A stretch of 64,000 nucleotides of DNA from Gammaproteobacteria bacterium (GTDB lineage Bacteria; Pseudomonadota; Gammaproteobacteria; Eutrophobiales; Eutrophobiaceae). The stretch spans positions 5,809 through 69,808 of the forward strand of contig SCUJ01000011.1 of the NCBI GenBank assembly GCA_004297165.1, given 5' to 3'. The translations under genes and the position numbers were made by a program. Shown here piece after piece: positions 11,271-23,040 of this stretch. The number at the start of each line of letters is the position of its first letter. The stretch's first letter is position 1. The notes beneath the pieces are model-generated. The model had not been told where the DNA came from, did no database searches, and worked only from the letters and a program-made list of their open reading frames with translations.

Positions 11271-14200
11271 GCGCGGCCTCCATCACGGCTTCGTCCTCCG
11301 GGATGCCGGAAGCCTTCGCCCTCTTTATGGCCTCCAGCACCCGTTTGTAATCCTTTGGCATCACCTTGACGAACAGCCGCCTGTAGCGATCCCAGTCCGA
11401 CAGGATCCGATCCGCGACCGTACTCCGGGTGTATACCTGATGCCGGGCGATCAACTCATGCACCGTCTCGAGATCCTCGTCTTCCTCCAATGCCTCGAGT
11501 TCGACCATGGATCGATTGCAACGCCCCCGGAACTCCGCCTTGTCATCCAGGACATAGGCAACCCCGCCGGACATCCCGGCCGCGAAGTTCCGGCCGGTCT
11601 TGCCGATGACCACGATCCGTCCTCCGGTCATGTATTCGCAACCATGATCGCCGACCCCTTCAACGACGGCCCGGGCGCCGCTGTTCCTGACCGCGAAGCG
11701 CTCGCCCGCAATGCCGCGGATATAGGCCTCGCCACTGGTCGCGCCATAGAGCAATACATTGCCGGCGATAATGTTCTCTTCCGCCGGAAAGGTCGCGGCT
11801 GCCGGCGGAAAAACAATTATCTTGCCGCCGGAGAGGCCCTTGCCGAGATAGTCGTTGGCGTCGCCCTCGACGGTCAAGGTAATGCCTTTGGGCAGGAAGG
11901 CCCCGAAGCTCATCCCGGCCGACCCCTGAAAACGAACCCGGATGGTGTCCTCAGGCAGACCCTCACCGCCGTGTCGGCGCGTGATCTCGTATCCCAGTAT
12001 GGCGCCCACCGAGCGATTGGTGTTCCTGATTGGCAGGATGAGTTCGACCGGGTCCCGGTTCTCGATGGCGTTCTTGCAGAGCGGCACGAGGGTGGTAACG
12101 TCCAGGGATTTTTCGAGCCCGTGTTCCTGCGCGCGGGTGCAGTAGACGCCCACGCCTTCCGCAGCCTTGGGCTTGTGCAGGATCATGCTGAAATCGAGTC
12201 CGGTCGCCTTCCAGTGCGAGATGGCGCGGTTGACATCGAGGCGATCGACCTGGCCGATCATCTCCTCGATCTTCCGGTAACCCAATTGGGCCATATATTC
12301 CCTGACTTCCTCCGCGAGGAACCGGAAATAACTCACGACATGATCCGCCTTGCCGCCGAATTTTGCGCGCAACCGCGGGTCCTGGGTCGCGACGCCCACA
12401 GGGCAGGTGTTCAGGTGACAAACCCTCATCATGATGCAGCCGAGGACCACCAGCGGCGCGGTGGAGAACCCGAATTCCTCGGCCCCGAGCAGGGCCGCGA
12501 TGATCACATCCCGGCCGGTCTTGAGCTGACCGTCCGTCTGCACGACGATCCGATCCCGCAGGCGATTCATGACCAGGACCTGTTGCGTCTCGGCGAGCCC
12601 CAGCTCCCAGGGCAGTCCCGCGTGCTTCAGGGAACTGATGGGCGAGGCGCCGGTGCCGCCGTCGTAACCGGAGATCAGGACAACATCGGAATGCGCCTTG
12701 GCCACGCCCGCGGCGACGGTGCCGACCCCAATCTCGGAGACCAGCTTGACATGGACCCGCGCGCGTGGATTGGCGTTCTTCAGATCGTGGATGAGTTGCG
12801 CGAGGTCCTCGATCGAATAAATATCGTGGTGTGGCGGCGGCGAGATGAGGCCGACGCCGGCGGTGGAATAGCGGACCTTGGCAATCCATGGATAGACCTT
12901 CGTGCCCGGCAGTTGTCCGCCCTCGCCGGGCTTCGCACCCTGCGCCATTTTGATCTGGATGTCATCCGCATTCACCAGATATTCACTGGTGACGCCAAAG
13001 CGTCCTGAGGCGACCTGCTTGATCGCGCTGCGGCGCGAGTCGCCATTCGGATCGGGCGCATATCGAGCCGGGTCCTCGCCGCCCTCGCCGGTATTGGATT
13101 TACCGCCGATCCGGTTCATGGCGATAGCCAGCGTCTCGTGCGCCTCCTGACTGATCGAGCCGTAGGACATGGCGCCGGTGGCAAATCGCCGCATTATCGA
13201 CTCGATCGACTCCACCTCCTCCAACGGCGCGGGCGGGCGGTCGAACTTGAATTGGAATAATCCGCGCAATGTCGCCAGATGTTCGTTCTGTTCGTCCACC
13301 AGACGGCTGAATTCCTTGAACTGGCTGTAATCGTCGTTGCGGGTGGCGTGCTGAAGTTTCGCCACAGTGGCCGGGTTGAACAGGTGATATTCTCCGTCCC
13401 GACGCCACTGATACTCCCCGCCCCAGTCCAGATCCGGTTGCTTCACCTGGCGTTCAGGGAAGGCATTGCAATGCCGCAGCGCATTCTCGTGGGCGACGAT
13501 ATCCAGGCCGATGCCGCCGATCCGCGAGGTGGTCCAAGTGAAATAACGATCGACGAATTCCTTGTTTAGTCCGATTGCCTCGAAAACCTGCGCTCCGCGA
13601 TAGGATTGGATGGTCGAGATGCCCATCTTCGACATGGTCTTGACCAGACCCTTGTTGAGCGCCTTGATATAAAGCTTCACGGCATCCGCAGCGACCATCT
13701 CCGGCAGTTGACCCTTGCCGATCATGTCCTCCAGCGTCTCGAAGGCAAGATAGGGGTTAACGGCCCCGATACCGAAACCTACCAGCAGCGCGAAGTGATG
13801 CACCTCGCGCGGCTCACCCGATTCCAGCAGCAGTCCGGCCTTGACGCGGGAACCATTGCGCACCATGTGATGATGCACCCCGGCGGTTGCGAGCAACGAA
13901 GGGATCGCCGCAAGCTCCGGCGTGATGCCGCGATCGGAAAGAATGATGAATGTGTAACCCTCGGCAACCGCGGCATCCACCGCCTGGCAGACCAGATGCA
14001 GGGCTTGATCGAGGCCGGGACCGCCAGCGGCGACCGGATAGAGGATCGGCACGACCTTGGCCCGGTATCCGGGCAGATCGACCTGGCGTATCTTCGCCAG
14101 CTCTTCGTTGGTCAGGACCGGCGAGGAAATGCGGATCTGCCGGCAACTCTCCGGCACCGGTCGCAGCAGATTGCCTTCGGGACCGATGGTGCTCGACACC

Positions 14201-15831
14201 TGGGTGACCAGCTCCTCACGGATGCCGTCTAGCGGCGGATTGGTGACTTGGGCGAAGAGTTGCTTGAAATAATCGAACAGCAGCCGGGGGCGATTGGAGA
14301 GCACGGCCAGCGCCGCATCGGTGCCCATCGAACCGATGGGTTCTTCGCCGTTAAGCGCCATCGGGGCCATCACGATCCGCAGGTCTTCATGGGTATAACC
14401 GAAGGCCAACTGTTTCTTCAACAAGGTTTCAGGATCCGGCGTGGGGATCTTGACGGAGGGCGGCAGATTCTCCAGTGGCAGGAGATTCTCCGTTAACCAT
14501 TTCCGGTAGGGATGTTCCCTGGTAAAGGTTCGCTTGAGTTCCTCGTCATCGATGATCCGGCCCTGGCGCGTATCCACCAGGAAGATCCGGCCGGGATGCA
14601 GTCTTTCCTTGATCAGGATATTTTCCGGCGGGATGTTCAGGACGCCGACCTCGGAGGCCATGATCACCATATCGTCCTTGGTCACGTAATAGCGGGACGG
14701 CCGCAGACCGTTGCGATCCAACACCGCGCCGATGACTTCTCCGTCCATGAAGGCGATCGAGGCCGGTCCGTCCCACGGCTCCATCAGACAGGAGTGGTAT
14801 TCATAAAAGGCCCGGCGATCGTCATCCATGGCCTCATGTCCGCTCCAGGCCTCCGGAATCATCATCAGGACGGCGAGCGGCAGCGGCCTCCCCGTCATGT
14901 AGAGGAACTCCATGACATTATCGAACGTGGAGGAATCGCTGCCGCCTTCCATGATGACCGGGAAGAGCTTCTTCAGGTCCTCGCCGAAGAGTTCCGATTT
15001 GCACAACGCCTCGCGCGCCCGCATCCAGTTGATGTTGCCCCGCAAGGTGTTGATCTCGCCGTTGTGCGAGATATACCTGAAGGGATGCGCGAGCGGCCAG
15101 GATGGAAAGGTGTTGGTCGAGAAGCGTTGATGAACCAGCGCCATCGCCGATTCGACATCCGGGTCGGTGATGTCCGGAAACATCGTCTCGAGTTGGGTGC
15201 CGGTCAACATGCCCTTGTAGCCGAAGGTGCGACAGGACAAGGTCGGCACATAGAACAGGGCGCCTTCCGTCAGTCCCGCATCCCGGATGCCCTTTTCCAC
15301 GCGCTTGCGGATGATGTAGAGCTTGCGGTCGAAGGCGGCGACATCCTCAACATCATCGCCGCGGCGGATAAAAATCTGTGCGAAGGCTGGTTCGCCCGCC
15401 TTCGCCGTCGGCCCGATGGGCGAGTCGTCCACCGGCACATCCCGCCAACCCAGGACCGTCTGCCTCTCGTCGGCCACTATCTGTTCGAAGAGACGGCGAC
15501 ACTGCGACGCCTGCTCCGGATCCCGCGGCAGAAACACGAGCCCGGATCCGTATTGTTGCGGATCCTCCGGCAGGGGAATATCCAGTTCCGCGCAGACCCG
15601 GCGGAAGAACTTGTGCGGCTTTTGCAGCAGGATGCCCACGCCATCGCCGGTATTGACCTCCGCTCCGCAGGCACCGCGGTGCAGGAGATTCTTCAGCACG
15701 GTCATCGCGTTATCCACGATCTGATGCGATTTCCGCCCCTTCATGTCCACGACGAAACCCACCCCGCAGGCATCGTGCTCATGCGCGGGGTCGTAGAGTC
15801 CTTCAGCGGGGTGGCCGAGTAACATGTTCAT
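11263..15831 (-). CDS. gltB: Glutamate synthase large subunit
   Basis: EHDACGVGF (catalytic Cys), [24 protein letters not shown], 3Fe-4S motif [12 protein letters not shown]. Confidence 0.98.
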   Translation of the reverse strand: MNMLLGHPAEGLYDPAHEHDACGVGFVVDMKGRKSHQIVDNAMTVLKNLLHRGACGAEVNTGDGVGILLQKPHKFFRRVCAELDIPLPEDPQQYGSGLVFLPRDPEQASQCRRLFEQIVADERQTVLGWRDVPVDDSPIGPTAKAGEPAFAQIFIRRGDDVEDVAAFDRKLYIIRKRVEKGIRDAGLTEGALFYVPTLSCRTFGYKGMLTGTQLETMFPDITDPDVESAMALVHQRFSTNTFPSWPLAHPFRYISHNGEINTLRGNINWMRAREALCKSELFGEDLKKLFPVIMEGGSDSSTFDNVMEFLYMTGRPLPLAVLMMIPEAWSGHEAMDDDRRAFYEYHSCLMEPWDGPASIAFMDGEVIGAVLDRNGLRPSRYYVTKDDMVIMASEVGVLNIPPENILIKERLHPGRIFLVDTRQGRIIDDEELKRTFTREHPYRKWLTENLLPLENLPPSVKIPTPDPETLLKKQLAFGYTHEDLRIVMAPMALNGEEPIGSMGTDAALAVLSNRPRLLFDYFKQLFAQVTNPPLDGIREELVTQVSSTIGPEGNLLRPVPESCRQIRISSPVLTNEELAKIRQVDLPGYRAKVVPILYPVAAGGPGLDQALHLVCQAVDAAVAEGYTFIILSDRGITPELAAIPSLLATAGVHHHMVRNGSRVKAGLLLESGEPREVHHFALLVGFGIGAVNPYLAFETLEDMIGKGQLPEMVAADAVKLYIKALNKGLVKTMSKMGISTIQSYRGAQVFEAIGLNKEFVDRYFTWTTSRIGGIGLDIVAHENALRHCNAFPERQVKQPDLDWGGEYQWRRDGEYHLFNPATVAKLQHATRNDDYSQFKEFSRLVDEQNEHLATLRGLFQFKFDRPPAPLEEVESIESIMRRFATGAMSYGSISQEAHETLAIAMNRIGGKSNTGEGGEDPARYAPDPNGDSRRSAIKQVASGRFGVTSEYLVNADDIQIKMAQGAKPGEGGQLPGTKVYPWIAKVRYSTAGVGLISPPPHHDIYSIEDLAQLIHDLKNANPRARVHVKLVSEIGVGTVAAGVAKAHSDVVLISGYDGGTGASPISSLKHAGLPWELGLAETQQVLVMNRLRDRIVVQTDGQLKTGRDVIIAALLGAEEFGFSTAPLVVLGCIMMRVCHLNTCPVGVATQDPRLRAKFGGKADHVVSYFRFLAEEVREYMAQLGYRKIEEMIGQVDRLDVNRAISHWKATGLDFSMILHKPKAAEGVGVYCTRAQEHGLEKSLDVTTLVPLCKNAIENRDPVELILPIRNTNRSVGAILGYEITRRHGGEGLPEDTIRVRFQGSAGMSFGAFLPKGITLTVEGDANDYLGKGLSGGKIIVFPPAAATFPAEENIIAGNVLLYGATSGEAYIRGIAGERFAVRNSGARAVVEGVGDHGCEYMTGGRIVVIGKTGRNFAAGMSGGVAYVLDDKAEFRGRCNRSMVELEALEEDEDLETVHELIARHQVYTRSTVADRILSDWDRYRRLFVKVMPKDYKRVLEAIKRAKASGIPEDEAVMEAAHG

Positions 15832-15973
15832 ATCGTGAAATCTTTCAAATTGGCTGCGCGGCGTGCGGCGCAGCGGATCGATGCAATTCAGGGCTTCAGA
15901 TGAGAGGCGGCGCGCATTTCGTCAGACGGGATGATTTAGCGTCGCGCCATTTCGCTCATGCAAAAGGAGCAGG

Positions 15974-16002
15974 ATTATAATAAAGCAACCCGGAGAAGTC
16001 AC
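15974..16002 (-). promoter_or_regulatory. Putative sigma70 promoter of gltBD
   Basis: Minus strand reads GTGACT-N17-TATAAT, about 140 bp upstream of gltB. Confidence 0.5.
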
Positions 16003-16038
16003 GAATGGCAAGACCCAATTTGGCACGCAATCGTGGGG

Positions 16039-17481
16039 TTATTCGTTCACTGCGGATATGGCATCGCTCTCTGCCAATACCGCTGCCACGCTCCTCGGCC
16101 AGGGACTGTTTTTCCTGGCATATTCTGGCAATTTCGCAATCCCAGCCATGGCCGCCTCGCGATTGGCAAAAGATCCGGTCAACAAGAGATACCAGGCGCG
16201 GTTGTCCCTCCTCGCCTTCACCAGGGACAGATTCCCGGTCAGGGCCGGTTCGAATTCCAGAAACCGCCTGATGGTATGCAATTCATGCGCGCCGATGAGC
16301 TGGATCACGTAGCTGTCCCCCGGCAGCGGCGCGAGCGATTCCTCGCCCAGCACGGCCGGAAATCCGGGTAATGCCTGCGTCTGTGTAACAGGCGTTCGCG
16401 GCGCCTCGGCGACTGCCGCGAACGTAGCTGTCTCTGGTGCTTGGGGCTGTACGGTTTGGGCAAGCGGGGCTTCAGTTGGCGCCCTCGCTGGAGGTGGAAT
16501 CGATGCCAGGGGGCGTGGCTGGATGTGGACCGGGGCTATCCGTACTGTTTGATCCACTTCGGTCTTGTCTTTCCTTAAGCTTATGATCAACAAAAGTGCG
16601 ATTACCATGATGGTAACAAACCCCGCTAGCACAAAGCGGCTGTGTAATCCTGGCAAAGTGATGCCGCGATCAACCATTGAAGTTCGAGTTTGCGGCGGCC
16701 GTACGGCCTGCCTTGTGAGTTTATTGATTCTGGCCGGCAAACCCCCTGAGACCACGGCAATATCGTCGCCCAGTTGCCGGTCGATCAAATCGCCAGGGAG
16801 ACTGCAGGCCGCAAGTCGATATGCAATGTAAGCGCTGACCTCGGCCGGGACAAGAGGCTTAATCTGGACGAGATGAGTGACGCCCTGCGACGCGCCCGGC
16901 GCGCCGACGCAAGCCACCCGCTGTTCTATATCGCCATGCCCTGCAAGGATGATCCGGTAGTAGCTTTCCCGGTAGCGAATCTGCGCGAGCCGGAGCAGGA
17001 CCTGCAACTGCGGCGCAAGCAACAGTTCGACATTATCCACGATAATCAGCGGTTGCAGGCCCTGTTCCTCCATTTGTTTCAGGTTCCTGACCAACCGATC
17101 GTCAAATTGCCCGTCGGACGGATGTTCGTTCAGGACCCCGGCGAGGATCGCATCGGGATCGGATGAAGGGGCGGCGGCGATCAGCCGTACGCTCCAGGGC
17201 CTGTCCGCGCGTGTGGCAAGGTAGCGGCACAAGGCGCTGACGCCGGAACCGCGCGGCCCCGTAATCAGTATCAGTTGCCGGCTGTTTTGCAACAGATGCC
17301 GGATAACCTGGAGATTTTGTTGCAAGACTGGGGAAAGAAAATAAATGTCATCCAAAAATTCCGGAAACGGCTCATGCGTTGCGGTGACGCGGCCAAGTTC
17401 TGTCTTCTTCACGGCGTCCCCTGCATCAGAGATGGTTGATCGTGGCGTCGAGGAACCGCGCATGTCCATCGTGCGCGCCAT
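16039..17481 (-). CDS. ExeA-like AAA domain + TM + SPOR domain protein (DamX-like)
   Basis: Degenerate P-loop [24 protein letters not shown], a TM segment, then SPOR ([19 protein letters not shown]). This is the usual position after aroB. The start is uncertain because the ORF overlaps dgt. Confidence 0.8.
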   Translation of the reverse strand: MARTMDMRGSSTPRSTISDAGDAVKKTELGRVTATHEPFPEFLDDIYFLSPVLQQNLQVIRHLLQNSRQLILITGPRGSGVSALCRYLATRADRPWSVRLIAAAPSSDPDAILAGVLNEHPSDGQFDDRLVRNLKQMEEQGLQPLIIVDNVELLLAPQLQVLLRLAQIRYRESYYRIILAGHGDIEQRVACVGAPGASQGVTHLVQIKPLVPAEVSAYIAYRLAACSLPGDLIDRQLGDDIAVVSGGLPARINKLTRQAVRPPQTRTSMVDRGITLPGLHSRFVLAGFVTIMVIALLLIISLRKDKTEVDQTVRIAPVHIQPRPLASIPPPARAPTEAPLAQTVQPQAPETATFAAVAEAPRTPVTQTQALPGFPAVLGEESLAPLPGDSYVIQLIGAHELHTIRRFLEFEPALTGNLSLVKARRDNRAWYLLLTGSFANREAAMAGIAKLPEYARKNSPWPRSVAAVLAESDAISAVNE

Positions 17482-18604
17482 AAAGACGCTCGTATTCCGC
17501 GATGGCGAACCGATCGGTCATGCCTGCGATATAGTCGGCGATCCGGCGTTGCAGGACATCCCGCCCATACCCCTGATCTCGTTCCGCATCTTGTTCGCGA
17601 AACCCTTCCGGCATTTGTTCAGGCGCGCTGCAATAGGCCCCAAACAGAGACCTGATGATGACCGCAGCCTTGCGCGTCATGTTTATCACATACTCATGCC
17701 GATACAGATTTGCCCGTAAAAAACGTTTAAGCTCCAGTTGCATCTCACCCATATCGGGACTTAAAACCACCAGCGATTCCCCGGCGCCGCGCACATCGTC
17801 GATGGTCCGCGGAGTATGCGCAGCTATTTTTACCAGGGTCGCGGAGATTAAATCCATGACCTGTCGATTGATCATTCCCCTGATTACTTCGTGTGTCAGA
17901 CGCCGGGAAGTCAAACCTGGCCATTGCTTGACCGTCGCGTCGTGATGCGTCCGAAACAGCCGGCATTGCCGCAATTGCTCCACCGTAATCAAACCGGAGC
18001 GCAGACCATCATCGACATCGTGGTTGTTATAGGCAATCTCATCGGCGAAATTGGCGACTTGCGCCTCCAATCCCGGTTGTGTCCCGTTCAGAAATCGCGC
18101 GCCGAGATCGCCTAGGGAGGCGGCGTCCATCCTTGAACAATGCTTGAGAATGCCTTCTCTCGTTTCGAAACAAAGATTAAGTCCCGGGAAAGCCGCGTAT
18201 TTCTCTTCCAGCCGATCCACGACCCGCAAGGACTGCATGTTATGTTCAAACCCGCCATGATCCTTCATGCACTCGTTCAGGATATCCTGGCCCGCATGAC
18301 CGAAGGGGGTATGGCCGAGGTCGTGCGCAAGACAGATCGCCTCGGTCAGGTCCTCATCGAGTTCCAACGCCCTGGCGATGGTCCTGCCAATCTGCGAAAC
18401 CTCCAGCGAGTGCGTCAGACGCGTCCGGAACATGTCCCCTTCATGGTTTACGAACACCTGGGTCTTGTATTCCAGACGGCGGAATGCTGATGAATGAATA
18501 ACGCGATCGCGATCCCGCTGGAATTCGCTACGCAGGAAAGGTCTTGTTTCGGGATACCGGCGGCCCCGGGAATTCTCCGTACTGGCGGCATAGGCGGCCG
18601 GCAT
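17426..18604 (-). CDS. dgt: Deoxyguanosinetriphosphate triphosphohydrolase (HD family)
   Basis: [48 protein letters not shown]. Confidence 0.93.
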   Translation of the reverse strand: MPAAYAASTENSRGRRYPETRPFLRSEFQRDRDRVIHSSAFRRLEYKTQVFVNHEGDMFRTRLTHSLEVSQIGRTIARALELDEDLTEAICLAHDLGHTPFGHAGQDILNECMKDHGGFEHNMQSLRVVDRLEEKYAAFPGLNLCFETREGILKHCSRMDAASLGDLGARFLNGTQPGLEAQVANFADEIAYNNHDVDDGLRSGLITVEQLRQCRLFRTHHDATVKQWPGLTSRRLTHEVIRGMINRQVMDLISATLVKIAAHTPRTIDDVRGAGESLVVLSPDMGEMQLELKRFLRANLYRHEYVINMTRKAAVIIRSLFGAYCSAPEQMPEGFREQDAERDQGYGRDVLQRRIADYIAGMTDRFAIAEYERLYGAHDGHARFLDATINHL

Positions 18605-18609
18605 CTAAC

Positions 18610-19698
18610 TCAGCCTCCGGTGGCGCCGAATTCGCTCAAGGTCTCGGCCAGCAATTTTTCTTCGTACTGATCGGTAAGAAAAGCCGCGCCGATCTCATGC
18701 AATAACACGAGAAACAGCCGGGCGCTTCTGGCCTTCTTGTCGATGGCCATGGTCGATCTGAGTGTTTCTGCCGCCAAGCCGGCCGGCAATACCAATGGCA
18801 ATCCGGCCCGCTCCTGGATCCGTTTCAGGCGCCCCATCGATTCCCGCGTGAGCCAGCCATGACGGCACGAGACATCGGCGGCCATCAGCATGCCGATCGC
18901 TACTGCTTCACCGTGCAGAAATTTAGTATATGCGGTTGCGGTCTCGATGGCGTGCCCGAAGGTATGACCGAAATTCAAGAGCGCCCTGACGTTTTGTTCT
19001 GTCTCATCCAGGGAGACGATTTCGGCCTTGTTGCGGCAGGATTGTTCAATGGCATGGGCGAGACAACCTTGATCCCTTGCCAGAAGTCCATCCAGGTTCT
19101 CTTCCAGCCAGGCGAAAAATGCCTGGTCGCGAATGATTCCGTATTTTATGACTTCGGCAAGGCCCGCACGGAGTTCCCGATCCGGGAGCGTCGCCAGCGT
19201 ACGCGTATCCGCCAGCACGGCCACCGGTTGGTAGAATACGCCAATCATATTCTTACCCAAGGCATGGTTCACCGCCGTCTTGCCTCCCACCGAGGAATCC
19301 ACCTGGGCAAGAAGCGTGGTCGGGACCTGGATATAATCGACGCCGCGTTGATAGCAGGCGGCCGCAAATCCCGTAATGTCGCCGATCACGCCGCCACCCA
19401 GCGCCACCAGGAGGCAATCCCGACTGAATCCCAACTCCAGAAGTCGGGTTATGACCGCATTGAGGGCGTCGAGTGTCTTGTACTTCTCACCATCTTCGAG
19501 AGTCACACTCCCGATATTGCATCCGGACAGAGCTGTCATGACCTGGTCCAGGTACAAGGGGGCAACGGTCCTGTTGCTTACCACCATGACCTGTTTCCTG
19601 CGGCATATCCGCGCCCAAAGGTCTTTTACGCCAAGCAAGTCTTCGCCGATGAATAGGGGATAGCTGCGGTCCCCGAGACTGACCTGCATCTCTTTCAT
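18610..19698 (-). CDS. aroB: 3-dehydroquinate synthase
   Basis: DGEKYK, ALGGGVIGD, PTTLLAQVDSSVGGKT, LNFGHTFGHAIE. ATG at 19698 overlaps the aroK stop (ATGA). Confidence 0.97.
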   Translation of the reverse strand: MKEMQVSLGDRSYPLFIGEDLLGVKDLWARICRRKQVMVVSNRTVAPLYLDQVMTALSGCNIGSVTLEDGEKYKTLDALNAVITRLLELGFSRDCLLVALGGGVIGDITGFAAACYQRGVDYIQVPTTLLAQVDSSVGGKTAVNHALGKNMIGVFYQPVAVLADTRTLATLPDRELRAGLAEVIKYGIIRDQAFFAWLEENLDGLLARDQGCLAHAIEQSCRNKAEIVSLDETEQNVRALLNFGHTFGHAIETATAYTKFLHGEAVAIGMLMAADVSCRHGWLTRESMGRLKRIQERAGLPLVLPAGLAAETLRSTMAIDKKARSARLFLVLLHEIGAAFLTDQYEEKLLAETLSEFGATGG

Positions 19699-20213
19699 AG
19701 GGCGTTTAACTTTCTGCATATCTTGTTGACGATTTGTTTTGCCGTCTGCTTGTCGGTAGTGACGACCCAATCGGCCAGTTCTTCGTAGATCGGTTCGCGT
19801 TTCGCAAGAATCTCACGGATCCGGCCCAATCTGTCGGACGTTTGCAGCAGTGGCCGGCGATTATCTTTCGCGGTCCTGCGCAGCAACTGATCCGGATTGG
19901 CCTTCAGGTAGATAACGCAACCCCGTTCCGAAAGATATTTCCTGCTGGTCTTGTCAAGGATTGCTCCACCACCCGTCGCCAGCACAATACCTTGCTGTCT
20001 GGTCAATTCCTCGATCACCCTGGATTCGCGCCGGCGGAAACCGTCCTCACCCTCAATCTCGAAGATCAGGTCAATCGCCGCGCCGGTTCGTTGCACGATG
20101 ACGGTATCGGAATCTATAAACTTCCGGCCGGTACGTTCCGCGAGCAGTTTCCCGATTGTCGTCTTGCCGACCCCCATCGGGCCGGTCAGAAATATGTTAT
20201 CTGCCGTCTTCAT
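19695..20213 (-). CDS. aroK: Shikimate kinase
   Basis: GPMGVGKTTIG, EGEDGFR, ATGGG, RPLL. Confidence 0.96.
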   Translation of the reverse strand: MKTADNIFLTGPMGVGKTTIGKLLAERTGRKFIDSDTVIVQRTGAAIDLIFEIEGEDGFRRRESRVIEELTRQQGIVLATGGGAILDKTSRKYLSERGCVIYLKANPDQLLRRTAKDNRRPLLQTSDRLGRIREILAKREPIYEELADWVVTTDKQTAKQIVNKICRKLNAL

Positions 20214-20275
20214 CGCGATTACCGCACATCTTTATCGTTGAGCGAAATTATGCGGTTTAAATCCGAATCCTCATC

Positions 20276-20314
20276 AAAAAAAAAGATGCAGTCTGGTTAA
20301 GACTGCATCTTTTT
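20276..20314 (-). terminator. Rho-independent terminator after pilQ, potentially bidirectional
   Basis: A9-GATGCAGTC-tggttaa-GACTGCATC-T5 is a perfect stem flanked by A and T runs. Confidence 0.85.
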
Positions 20315-20333
20315 ACTCTTGCGCGTCTGCCGG

Positions 20334-22448
20334 TCAGATCTTCAAATCGTCGCTGAGGATCCGGGGCGTAACGAAGATCAGCAGTTCATTCCGCGTATTC
20401 CTGATGCGGCTGTTTTTGAAGAGAAATCCAACGTAGGGCAGGTCCCCGAAGAAGGGTACGCGATCAGAATCGTTTCTGTCGACCTGGGTATAGACACCGC
20501 CGAGCACGACGGTTTCCCCATCGTTGACCAAGACCTGTGTTGTGACGTTCTTGGTGTTGATGATCGGAATGCCTGACTGAGTCGAAGCGCCTTGGGAATC
20601 CTGATTCACGGTCAGGTCGAGGATAATCCGGTCGTCAGGGGTTATCTGTGGCGTGACCTTGAGCGAGAGCACCGCCTTCTGGAAGGAGGTAGATGTCGCT
20701 CCGCTCGAGGTTGCTTCTTGATAAGGAATCTGGACACCCGACTCGATAGTCGCAGTGGTCTTGTTAGCCGTAATGATCTTGGGGTTGGCGATATCCTCGC
20801 CTCGGCCTTCGGCCAGAAGCGCCGATAACTCGAGTTGCAGGAGGTATGAGCCTACCTTGCCCACCGCGAAACCTATGCCGCTGGTTCCAGCGACAGGGAG
20901 ATTGACCAGAAAATCGTCTGCGGTAGGCTCCAGATCGAATATGGCATCGCTACCCACAGTCGCCGTACCGTTATTAGTCATGGCATCGACGGAGCGCTTA
21001 CTGTAACCGAATTGCACGCCGAGATCCCTCGAGAAGGACTCGTCTGCATTGACGATACGCGATTCGATCATTACCTGCCGGACGGGTATATCTAGTTTGG
21101 CAATCATGTTCCGGATGGCCTCCAGGCTCGTGGCGACATCCTGGATAATCAGCGTATTCGTCCTGTCATCGATAGTGACATTACCCCGGCCGGACAACAA
21201 CTTACTTTCGCTACCCTGGATCAACGAGGCCAGATCGCTCGCCTTGGCATAGTTGATCTGGATGAAGTCGGTCCGTAGCGGCGATAATTCCGTGACCTGC
21301 TGTTGTGATTCCAGTTCCAGTTTTTCGCGCGCGGCGATTTCCTCTGTCGGAGCAACCAGCATGACATTCCCATCCTTGCGCACGGCCAATCCCTTGGCTT
21401 TCAGGATGATGTCCAGGACCTGATCCCAGGGTACATTCCGCAATCTCAAGGTAACGCTGCCGGACACGGTATCTGTAGCCACCAGATTGAATCCGGTAAA
21501 GTCCGCGATCAATTGCAGTACGGCGCGGACCTCAATATTCTGGAAATTGAGCGATAACCGTTCCCCTGTATAACCGAATTTTTCCTTTTCCTGCGCCTGT
21601 TTTTCTTCCTGTGTCAGGGGCCTGACTTCAATTGTAAAGAGGTTGCCGGACTGATAGGCCATATGATCATATTGATCTGTTACGGTCGAAATCAGCATCC
21701 GCGTTCCTCCGGCAACGCTGGAGGTATCGATCTCCTTCACCGGGGTCGCAAAATCGACAACATCAAGCCGTCGGTCAAGTTCTGCCGGCAAATTGGTTGA
21801 CATGAAATCCGCCACGATCTGGCCGGATTCCTGCCCCAGATTCACGCCCACAGATGGATCCGAAAGTGTGACGATAATTCGCCCTTCGCCGCCTTCGCCC
21901 CGGCGAAAATCGATTGCTTCGATCCTGCCGGCATCGCCGCCACTGGTTTCCCGCGCGCCAAGCGCAGGTTGCGCCGCGGCTGATGCGGCTGCGGGAGCCG
22001 CGCCCACGCCTGCCCCGAGAGTCATGAGTACCAGATTACCTTCGCTGGATATCTCATAAGAAACGGGGCGTACGAGGTTCACCACAACGCGTGTTCTTCC
22101 GCCGGCCTCGACCGCAGCTAGGCTGTGAGCCATGCCGATGCCTATACTTTGATTACGTTCCGCGAGATTCAACGATACACCAGGCAGATCCACGGCAATC
22201 CTGGCCGGATTGTCGATGGTGAAATTAACGGGTTCGGACGACAGCGCCTCCGAAAATTTCAGGCTGATTTGAACCTTGTCTCCTGGCATCGAGGAATAAC
22301 TGATATCGTCCAGGGTCACTGCTGCGTTCAGATTCGCACACGCCATCATACTGAAAGCAATCAGCGATAGTAGCCGACTATAGTTCATTACCGTTCTCCC
22401 GACGAATTGCTTGAACATTTCGGATCTCGTTAAAGTCATTTTACCCAC
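20334..22448 (-). CDS. pilQ: Type IVa pilus secretin PilQ
   Basis: Two AMIN domains, YTGERLSLNFQNIEVRAVLQ, VPWDQ, and a secretin C-terminus (GETVVLGGVY..ELLIFVTPRI). Start uncertain. Confidence 0.96.
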   Translation of the reverse strand: MGKMTLTRSEMFKQFVGRTVMNYSRLLSLIAFSMMACANLNAAVTLDDISYSSMPGDKVQISLKFSEALSSEPVNFTIDNPARIAVDLPGVSLNLAERNQSIGIGMAHSLAAVEAGGRTRVVVNLVRPVSYEISSEGNLVLMTLGAGVGAAPAAASAAAQPALGARETSGGDAGRIEAIDFRRGEGGEGRIIVTLSDPSVGVNLGQESGQIVADFMSTNLPAELDRRLDVVDFATPVKEIDTSSVAGGTRMLISTVTDQYDHMAYQSGNLFTIEVRPLTQEEKQAQEKEKFGYTGERLSLNFQNIEVRAVLQLIADFTGFNLVATDTVSGSVTLRLRNVPWDQVLDIILKAKGLAVRKDGNVMLVAPTEEIAAREKLELESQQQVTELSPLRTDFIQINYAKASDLASLIQGSESKLLSGRGNVTIDDRTNTLIIQDVATSLEAIRNMIAKLDIPVRQVMIESRIVNADESFSRDLGVQFGYSKRSVDAMTNNGTATVGSDAIFDLEPTADDFLVNLPVAGTSGIGFAVGKVGSYLLQLELSALLAEGRGEDIANPKIITANKTTATIESGVQIPYQEATSSGATSTSFQKAVLSLKVTPQITPDDRIILDLTVNQDSQGASTQSGIPIINTKNVTTQVLVNDGETVVLGGVYTQVDRNDSDRVPFFGDLPYVGFLFKNSRIRNTRNELLIFVTPRILSDDLKI

Positions 22449-22459
22449 CCCGTAGTGTT

Positions 22460-23038
22460 TTACTCTTCACCAGCCAGCGCAATGGCCGCCTCGCGTTCTT
22501 CCCAGCGTCCCTGACTATTTCTGACAATTTCACGCAGCTCTATCCTGTCCTCGAAAATGTTGACAATCTTGCCCACATTTCTGCCCATATAATTGCCGAC
22601 CTTTACCGGCGAGACATTGCCATCGGGATCCCTGACGATCCCCCATGTCACACCCTCGTTCTCCATGATGCCAACCATCTTGAGGCTGTCGAGTTCGTAT
22701 TTTTCCAGTTCCTCACGATTGCGATCTCGCAACTGCTTTTCCATCTCTTCGCTCAGACCAGCGTTCTCATCCACTTCCACCTCAGTCACCCGCACCTGAT
22801 AGAAAGACTCGAAAGGATCCGTCTTGCCTTCCTTGCCGGACATATAGGCATAGGCTTCGTAGGGTTTAATCTCGGGGAGTGGTTCGATGCGCCCGCCTGG
22901 CCGAGCCAGGACTTCGTCACGCCAACCATTCAGATCGGGATCCGAGGTAATATCCCTGCTGACACAGCCACCAGTCAGCAACACCACGGGCAACACTAAC
23001 CCCACTGATATCAACCTTGTGTTCGGTAGAATATACAT
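22460..23038 (-). CDS. pilP: Type IV pilus lipoprotein PilP
   Basis: Lipobox-like LTGGC, IEPLPE, DPF, REELEKYELDSLKMVG, VGNYMGRN. Confidence 0.93.
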   Translation of the reverse strand: MYILPNTRLISVGLVLPVVLLTGGCVSRDITSDPDLNGWRDEVLARPGGRIEPLPEIKPYEAYAYMSGKEGKTDPFESFYQVRVTEVEVDENAGLSEEMEKQLRDRNREELEKYELDSLKMVGIMENEGVTWGIVRDPDGNVSPVKVGNYMGRNVGKIVNIFEDRIELREIVRNSQGRWEEREAAIALAGEE

Positions 23039-23040
23039 GG

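Noticed and set aside
11230-15822. Long plus-strand ORFs (592, 208, 436 aa) opposite gltB, and similar ones opposite phoH, hemE, gshA, asmA and argH
   Set aside because: These are shadow ORFs from high-GC codon bias. They show no recognisable motifs and fully overlap well-supported genes.
16020-16036. TGGCACGCAATCGTG as a sigma54 promoter near gltB
   Set aside because: There is no GC at the -12 position and it points away from gltB.
17426-18604. dGTPase as an anti-phage defence gene
   Set aside because: It is the short housekeeping-type dgt in its usual aroB-linked position, with no defence-island context.
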